Source: Candidatus Aenigmatarchaeota archaeon (GTDB taxonomy: Archaea; Aenigmatarchaeota; Aenigmatarchaeia; PWEA01). From it: 64,000 bases of DNA. The translations under genes and the position numbers were made by a program. Shown piece after piece: positions 26,102 through 35,199 of this stretch. The notes below the pieces were generated by a model, which worked only from the letters and a program-made list of their open reading frames with translations, was not told the origin of the DNA and did not search any database. Numbering within the stretch: the stretch's first letter is position 1; each line of letters begins with the position of its first letter. The stretch spans positions 3,538 to 67,537 of the forward strand of contig PWHK01000002.1 in the NCBI GenBank assembly GCA_003554845.1, read 5' to 3'.

Positions 26102-27403
26102 ATGAGTCTCAGGGAGTTTTTAGGGGACGTGGAAGAGAAAAATGTTCTCAGCCAGTCTGTTAGTCCCGACTACGAGCTTCCTGCCCTGATTTCAAAGGAC
26201 GAGACAAAGCCGGTTATTTTTGAAGATGTCGATGGTTATCCCGATTGCCGAGTGGTTTCAAACATTGTTTCTTCCCGGAGTATGCTTGCCAGGGCCCTTT
26301 GCACAACCAGGGAGAATATAATAGATAAGATAAGCAGTTCTCTTGACAACCAGATGAAGTGTGTGGTCGGCGAACCTATGTTTGAAAAGGTAGCCGAAGA
26401 GCCTAATATAAAGGAGCATATACCAGTTCCGATATTTTATAAGAGAAAAAAAAGACGGTACTTTGCTTCTGCTATGGTAGTGGCCAAGGACCCGGAAACA
26501 AGAATACAGAACGTTTCTTTCCACCGTCTAATGCTAAAGGATGAAAACAGGATGGTCATGCGGCTTGTGAAGAGACATCTCTACGACATCTACAGCAAAA
26601 CAGACGGTGACCTGAAGGTCGCTGTAATCATGGGCGTCCATCCTGCAGTTGAAGTTGCTGCAGCTACATCCTTTTCTCCCGAGATGGATGAACTTGAACT
26701 TGCAAACTCCTATATGGACGGAGGACTGGAACTGGCCGAGGTCAACGGGCTTAAGGTTCCAAGGGACTCGGAGGTTGTCATGTTTACAAGGATAAAGAAG
26801 AAGGAAGACGAAGAAGGTCCTTTTGTGGATCTTTCGGATACATGGGACAGGATACGAGAGCAACCCGTTATGGTTGTTGATGAACTATGGATGAGAAAGG
26901 ATCCACATATACGCATACTACTTCCGGGAAAGGGTGAACACAAGAACCTCATGGGAGTTCCACAGGAACCGAGGATATACAAGATCGTGAAGAATACAGT
27001 TCCCGCCGTTAAAAATGTTGTTCTTACACAAGGGGGATGTTCTTGGCTACATGGTGTTGTACAGATAAAGAAGAGAAACGAGGGAGATCCAAAGAATGCA
27101 GGTATTGCGGCACTGGCTGCTCATCCATCCATGAAGAAAGTAACCATAGTAGATGGAGATATAGATCCTTCGGATTCCGGTGAAGTGGAATGGGCAACTG
27201 CAACTCGCATGCAGCCAGATAAGGATATACTTTTCATAGAGCGTGCTAAGGGTTCCTCCCTTGATCCATCCCAGGACTATGAAAACAAGCTCACAACAAA
27301 ATGGATTGTAGACGCAACGGTTCCCTTTGAAAACAAGGATCCGGATGAGTTCAAAAAGGCCAGACTACCGGGCGAGGACCTGGATCTCGATGACTACAGG
27401 TGA
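26102..27403 (+). CDS. UbiD-family decarboxylase (candidate trans-anhydromevalonate-5-phosphate decarboxylase)
   Basis: 433 aa UbiD-like pattern. Sits between mvk and the AcnX/UbiX/IPK genes. Confidence 0.75.
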   Translation: MSLREFLGDVEEKNVLSQSVSPDYELPALISKDETKPVIFEDVDGYPDCRVVSNIVSSRSMLARALCTTRENIIDKISSSLDNQMKCVVGEPMFEKVAEEPNIKEHIPVPIFYKRKKRRYFASAMVVAKDPETRIQNVSFHRLMLKDENRMVMRLVKRHLYDIYSKTDGDLKVAVIMGVHPAVEVAAATSFSPEMDELELANSYMDGGLELAEVNGLKVPRDSEVVMFTRIKKKEDEEGPFVDLSDTWDRIREQPVMVVDELWMRKDPHIRILLPGKGEHKNLMGVPQEPRIYKIVKNTVPAVKNVVLTQGGCSWLHGVVQIKKRNEGDPKNAGIAALAAHPSMKKVTIVDGDIDPSDSGEVEWATATRMQPDKDILFIERAKGSSLDPSQDYENKLTTKWIVDATVPFENKDPDEFKKARLPGEDLDLDDYR

Positions 27404-27990
27404 ATTCCATGGACAAGGAAGAATTTTCCAGGATAAGGGAACTTTACGGAGAGGAAGATGTTATACCGGCCCATTCCTTTGATAATCATGTTTTAGAAGT
27501 CTACAGAAATGCAAAGAAACTTTTAGAAGATGAGGACGTCGACAGCGAGGTGGTAAAGTACTCAGCTCTTCTTCACGACGTTGGAAGGCATATATCCGGG
27601 GAGGAGAGCCATGCAGAGAAGGGTGCTGAAAAGGCCAATGAGTTTCTGATCGAACAACTTGGAAAGGACAGTAGTTTTGCAGAAAGGGTTTCGGAGTGTA
27701 TAAGGTTCCATTCAAACAGACCACATCTTAAGCCTCCCACAAGAGAAGCCGAGATTCTTTGGACAGCGGACAAGATGGATGCGATGGGTGCCACTGGTCT
27801 TTGTAGGTTTTTACTGACCCTCGGCGCAAAGAACTACTCGTGTGAAAGTGCGGTTGATATTCTTGATAGGAGGGTTTCCGAGGCCGAGGAAAGTCTCAAA
27901 GACTTTGGATTCGACGAGCTTATAGATGGTCTGAATACCTTAAAGAGCTTTACAGAACAGTACAAGGAGGAGAATCATGTATCTAACTGA
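27400..27990 (+). CDS. HD-domain metal-dependent phosphohydrolase
   Basis: 196 aa. H...HD motif SALLHDVGRH plus downstream His/Asp (RFHSNRPH, ADKMDAMG). Confidence 0.75.
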   Translation: MNSMDKEEFSRIRELYGEEDVIPAHSFDNHVLEVYRNAKKLLEDEDVDSEVVKYSALLHDVGRHISGEESHAEKGAEKANEFLIEQLGKDSSFAERVSECIRFHSNRPHLKPPTREAEILWTADKMDAMGATGLCRFLLTLGAKNYSCESAVDILDRRVSEAEESLKDFGFDELIDGLNTLKSFTEQYKEENHVSN

Positions 27991-29155
27991 TGAAGAAAAA
28001 GAGATGCTTGAGTCGGACAACCCGGCGGTAAGGAAGGCCATGAAGCTACTGGTCAAACTGGGTGATATATACGGAGCCGATGAGATGGTAGAGATAACTT
28101 CTGCCCAGGCCTCCGGTGTTTCATATAAATCCATAGGCGATCCCGGTATTATGTTTCTCAGGGAGTTCGCCGACGAAGGAGCAAAGGTTTCAGTACCTAC
28201 CTTTGCTAATCCTGCAGGAATGGACCTTGAGAAGTGGGAAGAGATGCACATAAGCAAGGAGTTTGCAGAGAAGCAGAAACAGATTATAGAGGCCATGAAG
28301 AGCATGGGGATAACAATATCTTCATCGTGTACTCCATACCTCTGGAGCAATCTCCCTACGAGAAATGAGCATATAGCGTGGGCGGAATCCTCTGCCGTAT
28401 CCTTCGCAAACTCTGTTATAGGCGCAAGGACAAACAGAGAAGGTGGACCTTCTGCTCTTGCTGCCGCCATAACAGGAAGAACTCCTAAACACGGACTCCA
28501 TCTGGATGAAAACAGAGTACCAACCCATGTTGTTGAGATAGACGCCGAACTGAATAGTATATCAGACTTCGGTGCCCTTGGCTCGTGGACAGGTGGAAAG
28601 GTAGAGGACGGCAAGCCTTACTTTATCGGCGTTGACTCTGCAGGTACGGATAAACTTAAGTCACTCGGTGCTGCAATGGCAGCTTCCGGGGCCGTGGCTC
28701 TTTACTTTGTTGAAGGTATAACTGCGGATCCCATGGAAGTCTCGGGCCTTGAGAGACTCAAGTTCACCGAAAGGGACAAAAGAGAAGAGTACGGCAGGCT
28801 GACAGAGTCCGAGGATCCGGATCTTGTGGTCTTTGGGTGTCCCCACTGTTCTATAAACGAAATAGAAAATATTGCAAAGAAGCTGGAGGGCAAGACTCTG
28901 GATAAGGATCTATGGGTTTTCACGAGTAAGGCGGTTGAGGCATGGTCCGATAGGATGGGTTATACGGATATAATTGAAAAGGCAGGAGGCAAGGTATTTT
29001 CTGATACATGTAACGTTGTCTGCCCCATAGAGGAGATGAACTACGGAAGGATGGGAACCAACTCGGGTAAGGCGGCAAACTACCTCCCTGGATTCTGTAA
29101 GCAGAAGGTTATGTTTGCAGATACCGGCGATCTAATCGACAAGGTGTTAAAATGA
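27977..29155 (+). CDS. Aconitase X catalytic subunit (phosphomevalonate dehydratase large subunit, DUF521)
   Basis: 392 aa. N-terminus MYLTDEEKEMLESDNPAVRKAMKLLVKLGDIYGADEMVEITSAQ typical of AcnX. Followed by the small-subunit gene with a 4-nt overlap. Confidence 0.8.
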   Translation: MYLTDEEKEMLESDNPAVRKAMKLLVKLGDIYGADEMVEITSAQASGVSYKSIGDPGIMFLREFADEGAKVSVPTFANPAGMDLEKWEEMHISKEFAEKQKQIIEAMKSMGITISSSCTPYLWSNLPTRNEHIAWAESSAVSFANSVIGARTNREGGPSALAAAITGRTPKHGLHLDENRVPTHVVEIDAELNSISDFGALGSWTGGKVEDGKPYFIGVDSAGTDKLKSLGAAMAASGAVALYFVEGITADPMEVSGLERLKFTERDKREEYGRLTESEDPDLVVFGCPHCSINEIENIAKKLEGKTLDKDLWVFTSKAVEAWSDRMGYTDIIEKAGGKVFSDTCNVVCPIEEMNYGRMGTNSGKAANYLPGFCKQKVMFADTGDLIDKVLK

Positions 29156-29553
29156 ATGTAGAAGTCAGATGTATTACAGAGGGAAGTGCAGACGGAGAGC
29201 TACTGGTTTCAACCGAACCCATAGGGTTCTACGGAGCCGTGGATATAGATACAGGTGAGTTTATAGAGGAAGGACATCAGCTTGAGGGTGAAAACATCTC
29301 GGGAAAGATACTGGTTTTTCCAAAGGGCAAGGGATCTACTGTTGGTTCCTACGTTCTCTATGGTCTCTCAAAGAAGGGAAATGCTCCTGCGGCCATAGTA
29401 AATCAGGAGACCGAAACCATAGTTGCAACAGGCTGTATACTTGGTGAAATACCATGTGTCGATGGTTTTGACATACCTCTCGGTGAACTTGAAAATGGGA
29501 TAGGTGTCCACGTGGATGCTGACATAGGAAAGGTTGAAATAAGAGGTGTGTAG
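29152..29553 (+). CDS. Aconitase X swivel-domain subunit (phosphomevalonate dehydratase small subunit, DUF126)
   Basis: 133 aa. ILVFPKGKGSTVGSYVLYGL...APAAIVN...ATGCILGEIP pattern. Confidence 0.8.
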   Translation: MNVEVRCITEGSADGELLVSTEPIGFYGAVDIDTGEFIEEGHQLEGENISGKILVFPKGKGSTVGSYVLYGLSKKGNAPAAIVNQETETIVATGCILGEIPCVDGFDIPLGELENGIGVHVDADIGKVEIRGV

Positions 29554-30123
29554 ATGAAGATAACACTTGCCCTTACAGGTGCTTCTGGTATACCAGTGGG
29601 AGTTCGTCTTGCCGAGGAGCTTTCAGAGGAATGTGATCTTATAACGGTTGTTTCCGACTCTGCGTTGAAGGTCATGGACGAAGAGACACACAGCAGAGAG
29701 GAGACAATGGAGATCCTTCAAGAACTTTCGGAAGAAGTCTATACAGAAGATATGATCGATGCACCCGTTGCCTCTGGATCCTTCAGAACCGATGGAATGG
29801 TTGTATGTCCCTGTTCTATGAAGACATTAAGCGGTCTGGCTACAGGAAGGTCCTCGAACCTTGTGGAGAGAGCATGTGATGTCTGTCTGAAGGAGAGAAG
29901 GAAGCTTGTTCTGGTTCCAAGGGAGATCCCCTTTAATGAGATACATCTTGAGAATATGCTGAATCTATCCAGAATGGGAGTTGATATAGTTCCTCCTGTG
30001 GTTGGTTTTTACTTTGGGCCCGAGGATATAGATGATATCGTTGACTATATAGTCGGAAAGGTTTTGGAAAGGTTTGAAATATTTAAGGGTCTATATAATG
30101 AGTGGGAAGGTGGAAAAAGATGA
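29554..30123 (+). CDS. ubiX: Flavin prenyltransferase UbiX
   Basis: 189 aa flavoprotein. MKITLALTGASG, VVCPCSMKTLSGLATG. Confidence 0.9.
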   Translation: MKITLALTGASGIPVGVRLAEELSEECDLITVVSDSALKVMDEETHSREETMEILQELSEEVYTEDMIDAPVASGSFRTDGMVVCPCSMKTLSGLATGRSSNLVERACDVCLKERRKLVLVPREIPFNEIHLENMLNLSRMGVDIVPPVVGFYFGPEDIDDIVDYIVGKVLERFEIFKGLYNEWEGGKR

Positions 30124-30899
30124 GCCATATCAAGGTACTCAAGGTAGGTGGGTCGATAATAACAGACAAGGAAAGGAATGAGCCCTCGCCTGATCTGGAA
30201 CAGATGGAGAGGATTGCGAGGGAGATAAAGGAATCACTTCCCCATCTTTCTGGTCTTGTACTCATACACGGTGCAGGCAGCTACGGTCATCCTATAGTAA
30301 AGAGAACAGGAATACATCAAGGCATCAAAACAGAAAAAGACAAGGTACATTTTGCCGAAACACAGAGGCTTCAGAATGAACTCAACTCCATATTTACAAA
30401 TATACTTACAGACAACGACATACCTGCCTTTCCTGTTCAGCCTTCTGCTTCTGCAATAATGCACGGAAGCCTGCAGAGCATGAACCACGAGGTCGTTGAA
30501 AGCCTTGTCAAGGAGGATGTAGTACCTGTATTGTACGGCGTACCTGCCTATGATAGAACCAGGGGATGTTCCATACTCTCTGGTGACGAGATACTACCGT
30601 ACCTCGCCGAAAGGATAGGAGCCCGTGAGGTTCTACATGGAACAAACGTCGACGGTATATATACCTCAGATCCACGGAAGGATCCCGATTCTGAACTGAT
30701 CGAGGAAATAAGATCTATGGAAGAGGTCGACAAGTATCTCGGTGGAAGCAAGGATACAGATGTTACAGGAGGAATGAGAAACAAGGCCAAGCATCTTATA
30801 GAATCCGAGATCTCGGGTAAGATATTCGATGCCTCCAAGAAAGGAAACGTCAGGAGGGCGCTCCGGGGCGATAAGGTCGGTACACATATACGTTCTTGA
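30102..30899 (+). CDS. Isopentenyl phosphate kinase
   Basis: 265 aa amino-acid-kinase fold. KVGGSIITDK, His-containing HGAGSYGH, C-terminal GTHIRS. Confidence 0.85.
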   Translation: MGRWKKMSHIKVLKVGGSIITDKERNEPSPDLEQMERIAREIKESLPHLSGLVLIHGAGSYGHPIVKRTGIHQGIKTEKDKVHFAETQRLQNELNSIFTNILTDNDIPAFPVQPSASAIMHGSLQSMNHEVVESLVKEDVVPVLYGVPAYDRTRGCSILSGDEILPYLAERIGAREVLHGTNVDGIYTSDPRKDPDSELIEEIRSMEEVDKYLGGSKDTDVTGGMRNKAKHLIESEISGKIFDASKKGNVRRALRGDKVGTHIRS

Positions 30900-30948
30900 C
30901 TCCGAATATATCGAGTTATTTAAGTTTTTTTGTGTAAAAGTTTTCTCC

Positions 30949-31677
30949 ATGGTAAACGTAAATTGGGACAAAAACAGATATGAAGAAGATCCCGATACCG
31001 TTGTTTTTCTGGGTGGAGACCAGAGGGAGGGAGACGAACCCGGTATAGTCTTTCTACAAGGATCAGGCGTATCCAGAGACTACTACGAGTCCGTTGGTGG
31101 CTGCATAGAGGATGTTCTGGATACAGTGGACTCTTCTCTGGAGGTAAGGGATCTGAGATATTCTGAGAGAAGTCCCTATGATATATCCCCTGAAGAGATG
31201 GTTGAAGAGGCCCTTTTGGAAGAAAGGAGACAGGTCGATGGAAGGGAACTCAACGACCTTATGCAGAGTAGATTCAAAGGTGCCGATACAAAGTCCTTTG
31301 GTGTATTTGTTACAGATAAAGACATGACCATAGAAGGTAAATATAACTTTATACTCGGAGCCACAATGCCTGGTTACGTTAGCTCGCTTTCGACTTACAG
31401 GTTCAGAAATTTTGATGGCCTGGATCCTTTTATGAAGAGAGAGTCTTTCAAAAGTGTAGTATACCACGAACTCGGCCATCTGTTTGGAGCTACGGATGAG
31501 TTCAGAAGGGATGATCTCGTCGATAGGCTCGGAAAGCACTGTGGAAACAAGGATGTCATGAGACAGGGTGTAAACGTTTCTGAATGGGTTGACTACACGG
31601 AGGATAGGCTTGAGACGGGGATGGTTTACTGTAGTAGTTGTGAAGATGCAATGGTGGAGTATCTCTCTGGTCTATGA
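30949..31677 (+). CDS. Archaemetzincin-like zinc metallopeptidase
   Basis: HELGHLFG followed by Cys ligands (GKHCGN, YCSSCED), which is the archaemetzincin signature. Track ORF starts at 30829 overlapping IPK; start at MVNVNWDK is more likely. Confidence 0.6.
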   Translation: MVNVNWDKNRYEEDPDTVVFLGGDQREGDEPGIVFLQGSGVSRDYYESVGGCIEDVLDTVDSSLEVRDLRYSERSPYDISPEEMVEEALLEERRQVDGRELNDLMQSRFKGADTKSFGVFVTDKDMTIEGKYNFILGATMPGYVSSLSTYRFRNFDGLDPFMKRESFKSVVYHELGHLFGATDEFRRDDLVDRLGKHCGNKDVMRQGVNVSEWVDYTEDRLETGMVYCSSCEDAMVEYLSGL

Positions 31678-31724
31678 TTTTCTTTCCCTCAACTATTTTT
31701 ATTTCGACGTCAAAGTGTTTTATC

Positions 31725-33386
31725 ATGAAGTATTCTGATCTCTGCATTTACTACGAACGGCTGGAAGAAACAACGAAAAATCTTGAGATGAGGGACATAG
31801 TTGCCGAACTCTTCAAAGAGGTTTCCTCCGACGAGCTTGAGGTAATTGCCCTGGCAGCCATGGGGAGAATATACCCTTCTTCAGTTGACAAGGATGTAGG
31901 AATCGCAGGAAAGCTTATGCAGAAGATAATATCAAGGGCCTACGGCGCAACACAGAAGGAAGTCGTCGAGAAGTTCAAAGAAACAGGCGATCTTGGTAAG
32001 ACGGCAGAGTATTTCTGTAGGAATAAAAGACAGAGAAGTCTCATGAAGAAGGATATTACTGTGGAGAAGGTCTTCCGGAATCTCAGGAGTCTTTCGGAGA
32101 CCGTTGGAAGCGGCTCCGAGGGAAGGAAGGAGGGTCTTGTAAAGGAACTCCTGGTTTCTGCAGAACCCGTTGAGGCGCGTTATATAGTCAGAACAACTAT
32201 ACAGGAGATGCGCATAGGCGTAGGTGAAGGTACGGTGAGAGATGCAATAGCAAAGGCCTTCGGCGTTTCTTCGGATAAGGTTGAGGATGCTTATTTTAAG
32301 CTTATAGACTACGGTAAGGTTGCTAGAATAGCAAAGGAGGAGGGAGAAGAGGGACTCGAAGATATTGAAATAGAGGTAGGTAGACCTCTTATGGTTATGC
32401 TGGCCGAGAGGTCCGAATCGCTTGAACAGGCCTTTGGAGAATACGAAAACGTGGCCCTTGAGGTCAAACTCGACGGCTTCAGAGGTCAAATACACAAGGA
32501 CGGGGACAGGATAACGCTTTTTTCAAGGAGACTTGAGGACAAAACCGAGCAGTTCCCCGAGGTAGTTGAATGGGCAAGGGAATGTCTGAAACCGGATAGA
32601 TGTATAATAGATTCGGAGATAGTTGCCGTTGATGATAGCGGAAAGCCCCTTGTTTTTCAGAACCTATCCAAGAGAATCCAGAGAAAGTACGATATCGAAA
32701 GACTCAAAAGCGAAATCCCTGTTCAGGTAAACTGCTTTGACCTCTTCTTTGTGGATGGGGAGAACTATATGGAAAAAGATCTGAGAACCAGATGGAAAAA
32801 ACTATGTGAAATAGTCAAAGAGAAGGAGGGCAAATTCAGGCTTGTAGAGCACATAGAGACAGATGACCTTGAGGAGGCCAACAAGTTTTATCAGAAGGCC
32901 CTCAGGGAAAACCAGGAGGGACTGATGGTTAAAAATCTGGACGCATCATACCAACCGGGAAAACGGGTTGGCTATTGGCAGAAGGTAAAGGAAGTCATGG
33001 AACCCCTGGACCTTGTTATCGTTGAAGGAATATGGGGCGAGGGGAAGAGATCCAACTGGATATCATCCCTTATGCTTGCAGTCAGAGATCCCGATACAGG
33101 CGAGTTTCTTAAGACAGGTAAGATGGCAACAGGAATGACAGAGGAGGAGTTCGCCGAGATAACCAGAAAGATGGAAGATCTTATAGTAAAGGAGGAAGGA
33201 AGACGTGTTAAGGTAAGGCCAGAGCTTGTTGTGGAGGTCGGCTACGAGGAGATACAGAAGAGTCCTAAGTATAAATCAGGCTACGCCCTTCGTTTTCCCA
33301 GGATGATACGGTTTAGATACAACAAGTCTCCAGAAGATGCCGATACAATCGAAAGACTTAAAAATCTTTACAATAAACAAAAGTAA
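31725..33386 (+). CDS. lig: ATP-dependent DNA ligase
   Basis: KxDG adenylation motif EVKLDGFRGQIH. Nucleotidyltransferase and OB-domain motifs follow (LMVK, EGIWGEGKR). About 553 aa from MKYSDL. Confidence 0.9.
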   Translation: MKYSDLCIYYERLEETTKNLEMRDIVAELFKEVSSDELEVIALAAMGRIYPSSVDKDVGIAGKLMQKIISRAYGATQKEVVEKFKETGDLGKTAEYFCRNKRQRSLMKKDITVEKVFRNLRSLSETVGSGSEGRKEGLVKELLVSAEPVEARYIVRTTIQEMRIGVGEGTVRDAIAKAFGVSSDKVEDAYFKLIDYGKVARIAKEEGEEGLEDIEIEVGRPLMVMLAERSESLEQAFGEYENVALEVKLDGFRGQIHKDGDRITLFSRRLEDKTEQFPEVVEWARECLKPDRCIIDSEIVAVDDSGKPLVFQNLSKRIQRKYDIERLKSEIPVQVNCFDLFFVDGENYMEKDLRTRWKKLCEIVKEKEGKFRLVEHIETDDLEEANKFYQKALRENQEGLMVKNLDASYQPGKRVGYWQKVKEVMEPLDLVIVEGIWGEGKRSNWISSLMLAVRDPDTGEFLKTGKMATGMTEEEFAEITRKMEDLIVKEEGRRVKVRPELVVEVGYEEIQKSPKYKSGYALRFPRMIRFRYNKSPEDADTIERLKNLYNKQK

Positions 33387-33454
33387 TAGTTACTACAACG
33401 GAGTAAAAAAGTACTTAAGTGTGTGGGACGAAATAGGTAATAGGTTGTGATAAA

Positions 33455-34276
33455 ATGGTTGCATCTGAAGAAATTTTAGATCAGTTGAAAACACTTGGAT
33501 TAAATTCATATCAAAGGAAGCTATGGACCTCGCTTTTATCCAATGGAACTTCTACTGCAGGTGAACTATCGGATCTTTCTGATGTTCCCAGAAGCAGGAC
33601 GTACGACGTATTGGAAAGTTTAGAGGATCTTGGTCTTGTAAGAATACAGTCAGGAAAACCTATGAAATACATACCGGTTGATCCTAAGGAAGGTCTTGAA
33701 AGGCTCAAAAAGAATTACAAAAAAGAGTACGAAGAGATGAAGAATAAGGTCGACAGGTTGAAGAACAGCCAGACGTTCAAAGATCTGGAGAAACTTTACG
33801 AAACTGCAGTCGAATCAACCGATCCAGGTGAGTTTTCTGGAGCACTCAAAGGAAGGTATCAGATGCTTCAGCAGATCGAGTCCATGTTCAAAAAATCAAA
33901 GGACAGGGTTCATGTCATGACTTCGAAGGAGGGTCTCCGGGAGATACACAATAACCATATAAACCATCTCAGAGATGCAAGTGAAAGAGGAGTTGATATA
34001 AAGATAGCAGCTCCTTTAAACGGAGATTTAGAGAATATAGTGGATAAACTGTCTCAGTTTGCCGAAGTAAGGCATATCCCGGACAACGAAAGTGCAATAG
34101 GAAGGTTTTCGATCGTCGATGGAAACGAGTTTACATTTGCTCTGACGCATGAGAACGAGGTAGATCCTGCACAGGATGTTTCGTTCTGGTCTAAGAGCGA
34201 TCATGCAGCGAGGGATTTTCTTGAACCTCTTTTCCAGGACTACTGGAAGAAGTTGGATAAACCCAAAAGAAAGTAG
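33455..34276 (+). CDS. TrmB-family transcriptional regulator
   Basis: 273 aa. N-terminal winged HTH LGLNSYQRKLWTSLL...STAGELSDLSDVPRSRTYDVLESLEDLGLV, coiled-coil linker, C-terminal sensor-like domain. Confidence 0.75.
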   Translation: MVASEEILDQLKTLGLNSYQRKLWTSLLSNGTSTAGELSDLSDVPRSRTYDVLESLEDLGLVRIQSGKPMKYIPVDPKEGLERLKKNYKKEYEEMKNKVDRLKNSQTFKDLEKLYETAVESTDPGEFSGALKGRYQMLQQIESMFKKSKDRVHVMTSKEGLREIHNNHINHLRDASERGVDIKIAAPLNGDLENIVDKLSQFAEVRHIPDNESAIGRFSIVDGNEFTFALTHENEVDPAQDVSFWSKSDHAARDFLEPLFQDYWKKLDKPKRK

Positions 34277-34287
34277 CAGTCAAGCAA

Positions 34288-35160
34288 CTAGTTTCTAATA
34301 GAGTAGAGCTTTGGTAGATCTGTCTCTGTTGATCTATGTATTCTTCCACTTTGGGATTCTACATGATCATGGCTTCCCAGTAGAATTTCAAGTAGACCAG
34401 GGTCCTTTTTATATTCCTTAAATCTTACCGTTTCGTTGAAGTGGTTTTCGAATATGGATTCGGCTTCTTTTCTGCCTCCCATGAAGTCCACAAGTCCAAT
34501 ATCCTTGGCGTCCTTCCCTGTGAATATTCTTCCTCTGGCCACTTCTTCCAGATCTTGATCAGTTATGTTTCTGTTTGCAGATACTGTTTCTAAGAAGTCC
34601 GAATGTGTCTGGCCGAGAATATCCTTGAATACAAGTCTTTCCTCATCTGTTAAATTTTTGTATGGACTCCCCATTTCCTTCATGTCTCCTTCCTCGAGCC
34701 TTACGTATTCTATACCGTATTCATCCATGAGTTCTGTGTACTCCAGATAGGATGCTGTGACACCTAAGGATCCTGTTATTGTCAGGGGATCTGATACTAT
34801 CTTGTCACAGGCCGAAGCTGCCCAGTAGGCTCCCGACGTGGCATAGTCGTTGAACTGACATACCGTAGGTTCCCTTACTTCTGATATAACTTCCTCGAGC
34901 TGCCTCGATGCTACCACCGTTCCTCCAGGGGAGTTTATTTCAAAAAGAAATCCCTCCGCACCTTCTGATCTAGCCGTCGTTATTTGTTCTCTTACATTAC
35001 CCGGTGATGCTTCGAATGCTCCGGGATATATTGCCCCCCTTACAGGTATGACGGCAACCTCTGTGTCAAGAGGGGATCCTATACTTAGTAATATAAGACC
35101 TAGAAATACGACACCAAGGCCTGCCAGTACCGTTACAACTATCTTTCTTTTTTTCATCAA
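34288..35160 (-). CDS. sppA: Signal peptide peptidase SppA (S49 family)
   Basis: 290 aa. N-terminal TM anchor, SPGGTVVAS, catalytic region ATSGAYWAASACDKIVSDPLTITGSLGV. Confidence 0.8.
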   Translation of the reverse strand: MMKKRKIVVTVLAGLGVVFLGLILLSIGSPLDTEVAVIPVRGAIYPGAFEASPGNVREQITTARSEGAEGFLFEINSPGGTVVASRQLEEVISEVREPTVCQFNDYATSGAYWAASACDKIVSDPLTITGSLGVTASYLEYTELMDEYGIEYVRLEEGDMKEMGSPYKNLTDEERLVFKDILGQTHSDFLETVSANRNITDQDLEEVARGRIFTGKDAKDIGLVDFMGGRKEAESIFENHFNETVRFKEYKKDPGLLEILLGSHDHVESQSGRIHRSTETDLPKLYSIRN

Positions 35161-35199
35161 GAAACATTTGTTTTCTTTCTAATAAAAGGTTTTGTGGAC

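Noticed and set aside
27940-28614. 224-aa minus-strand ORF
   Set aside because: Antisense to the aconitase-X large-subunit gene.
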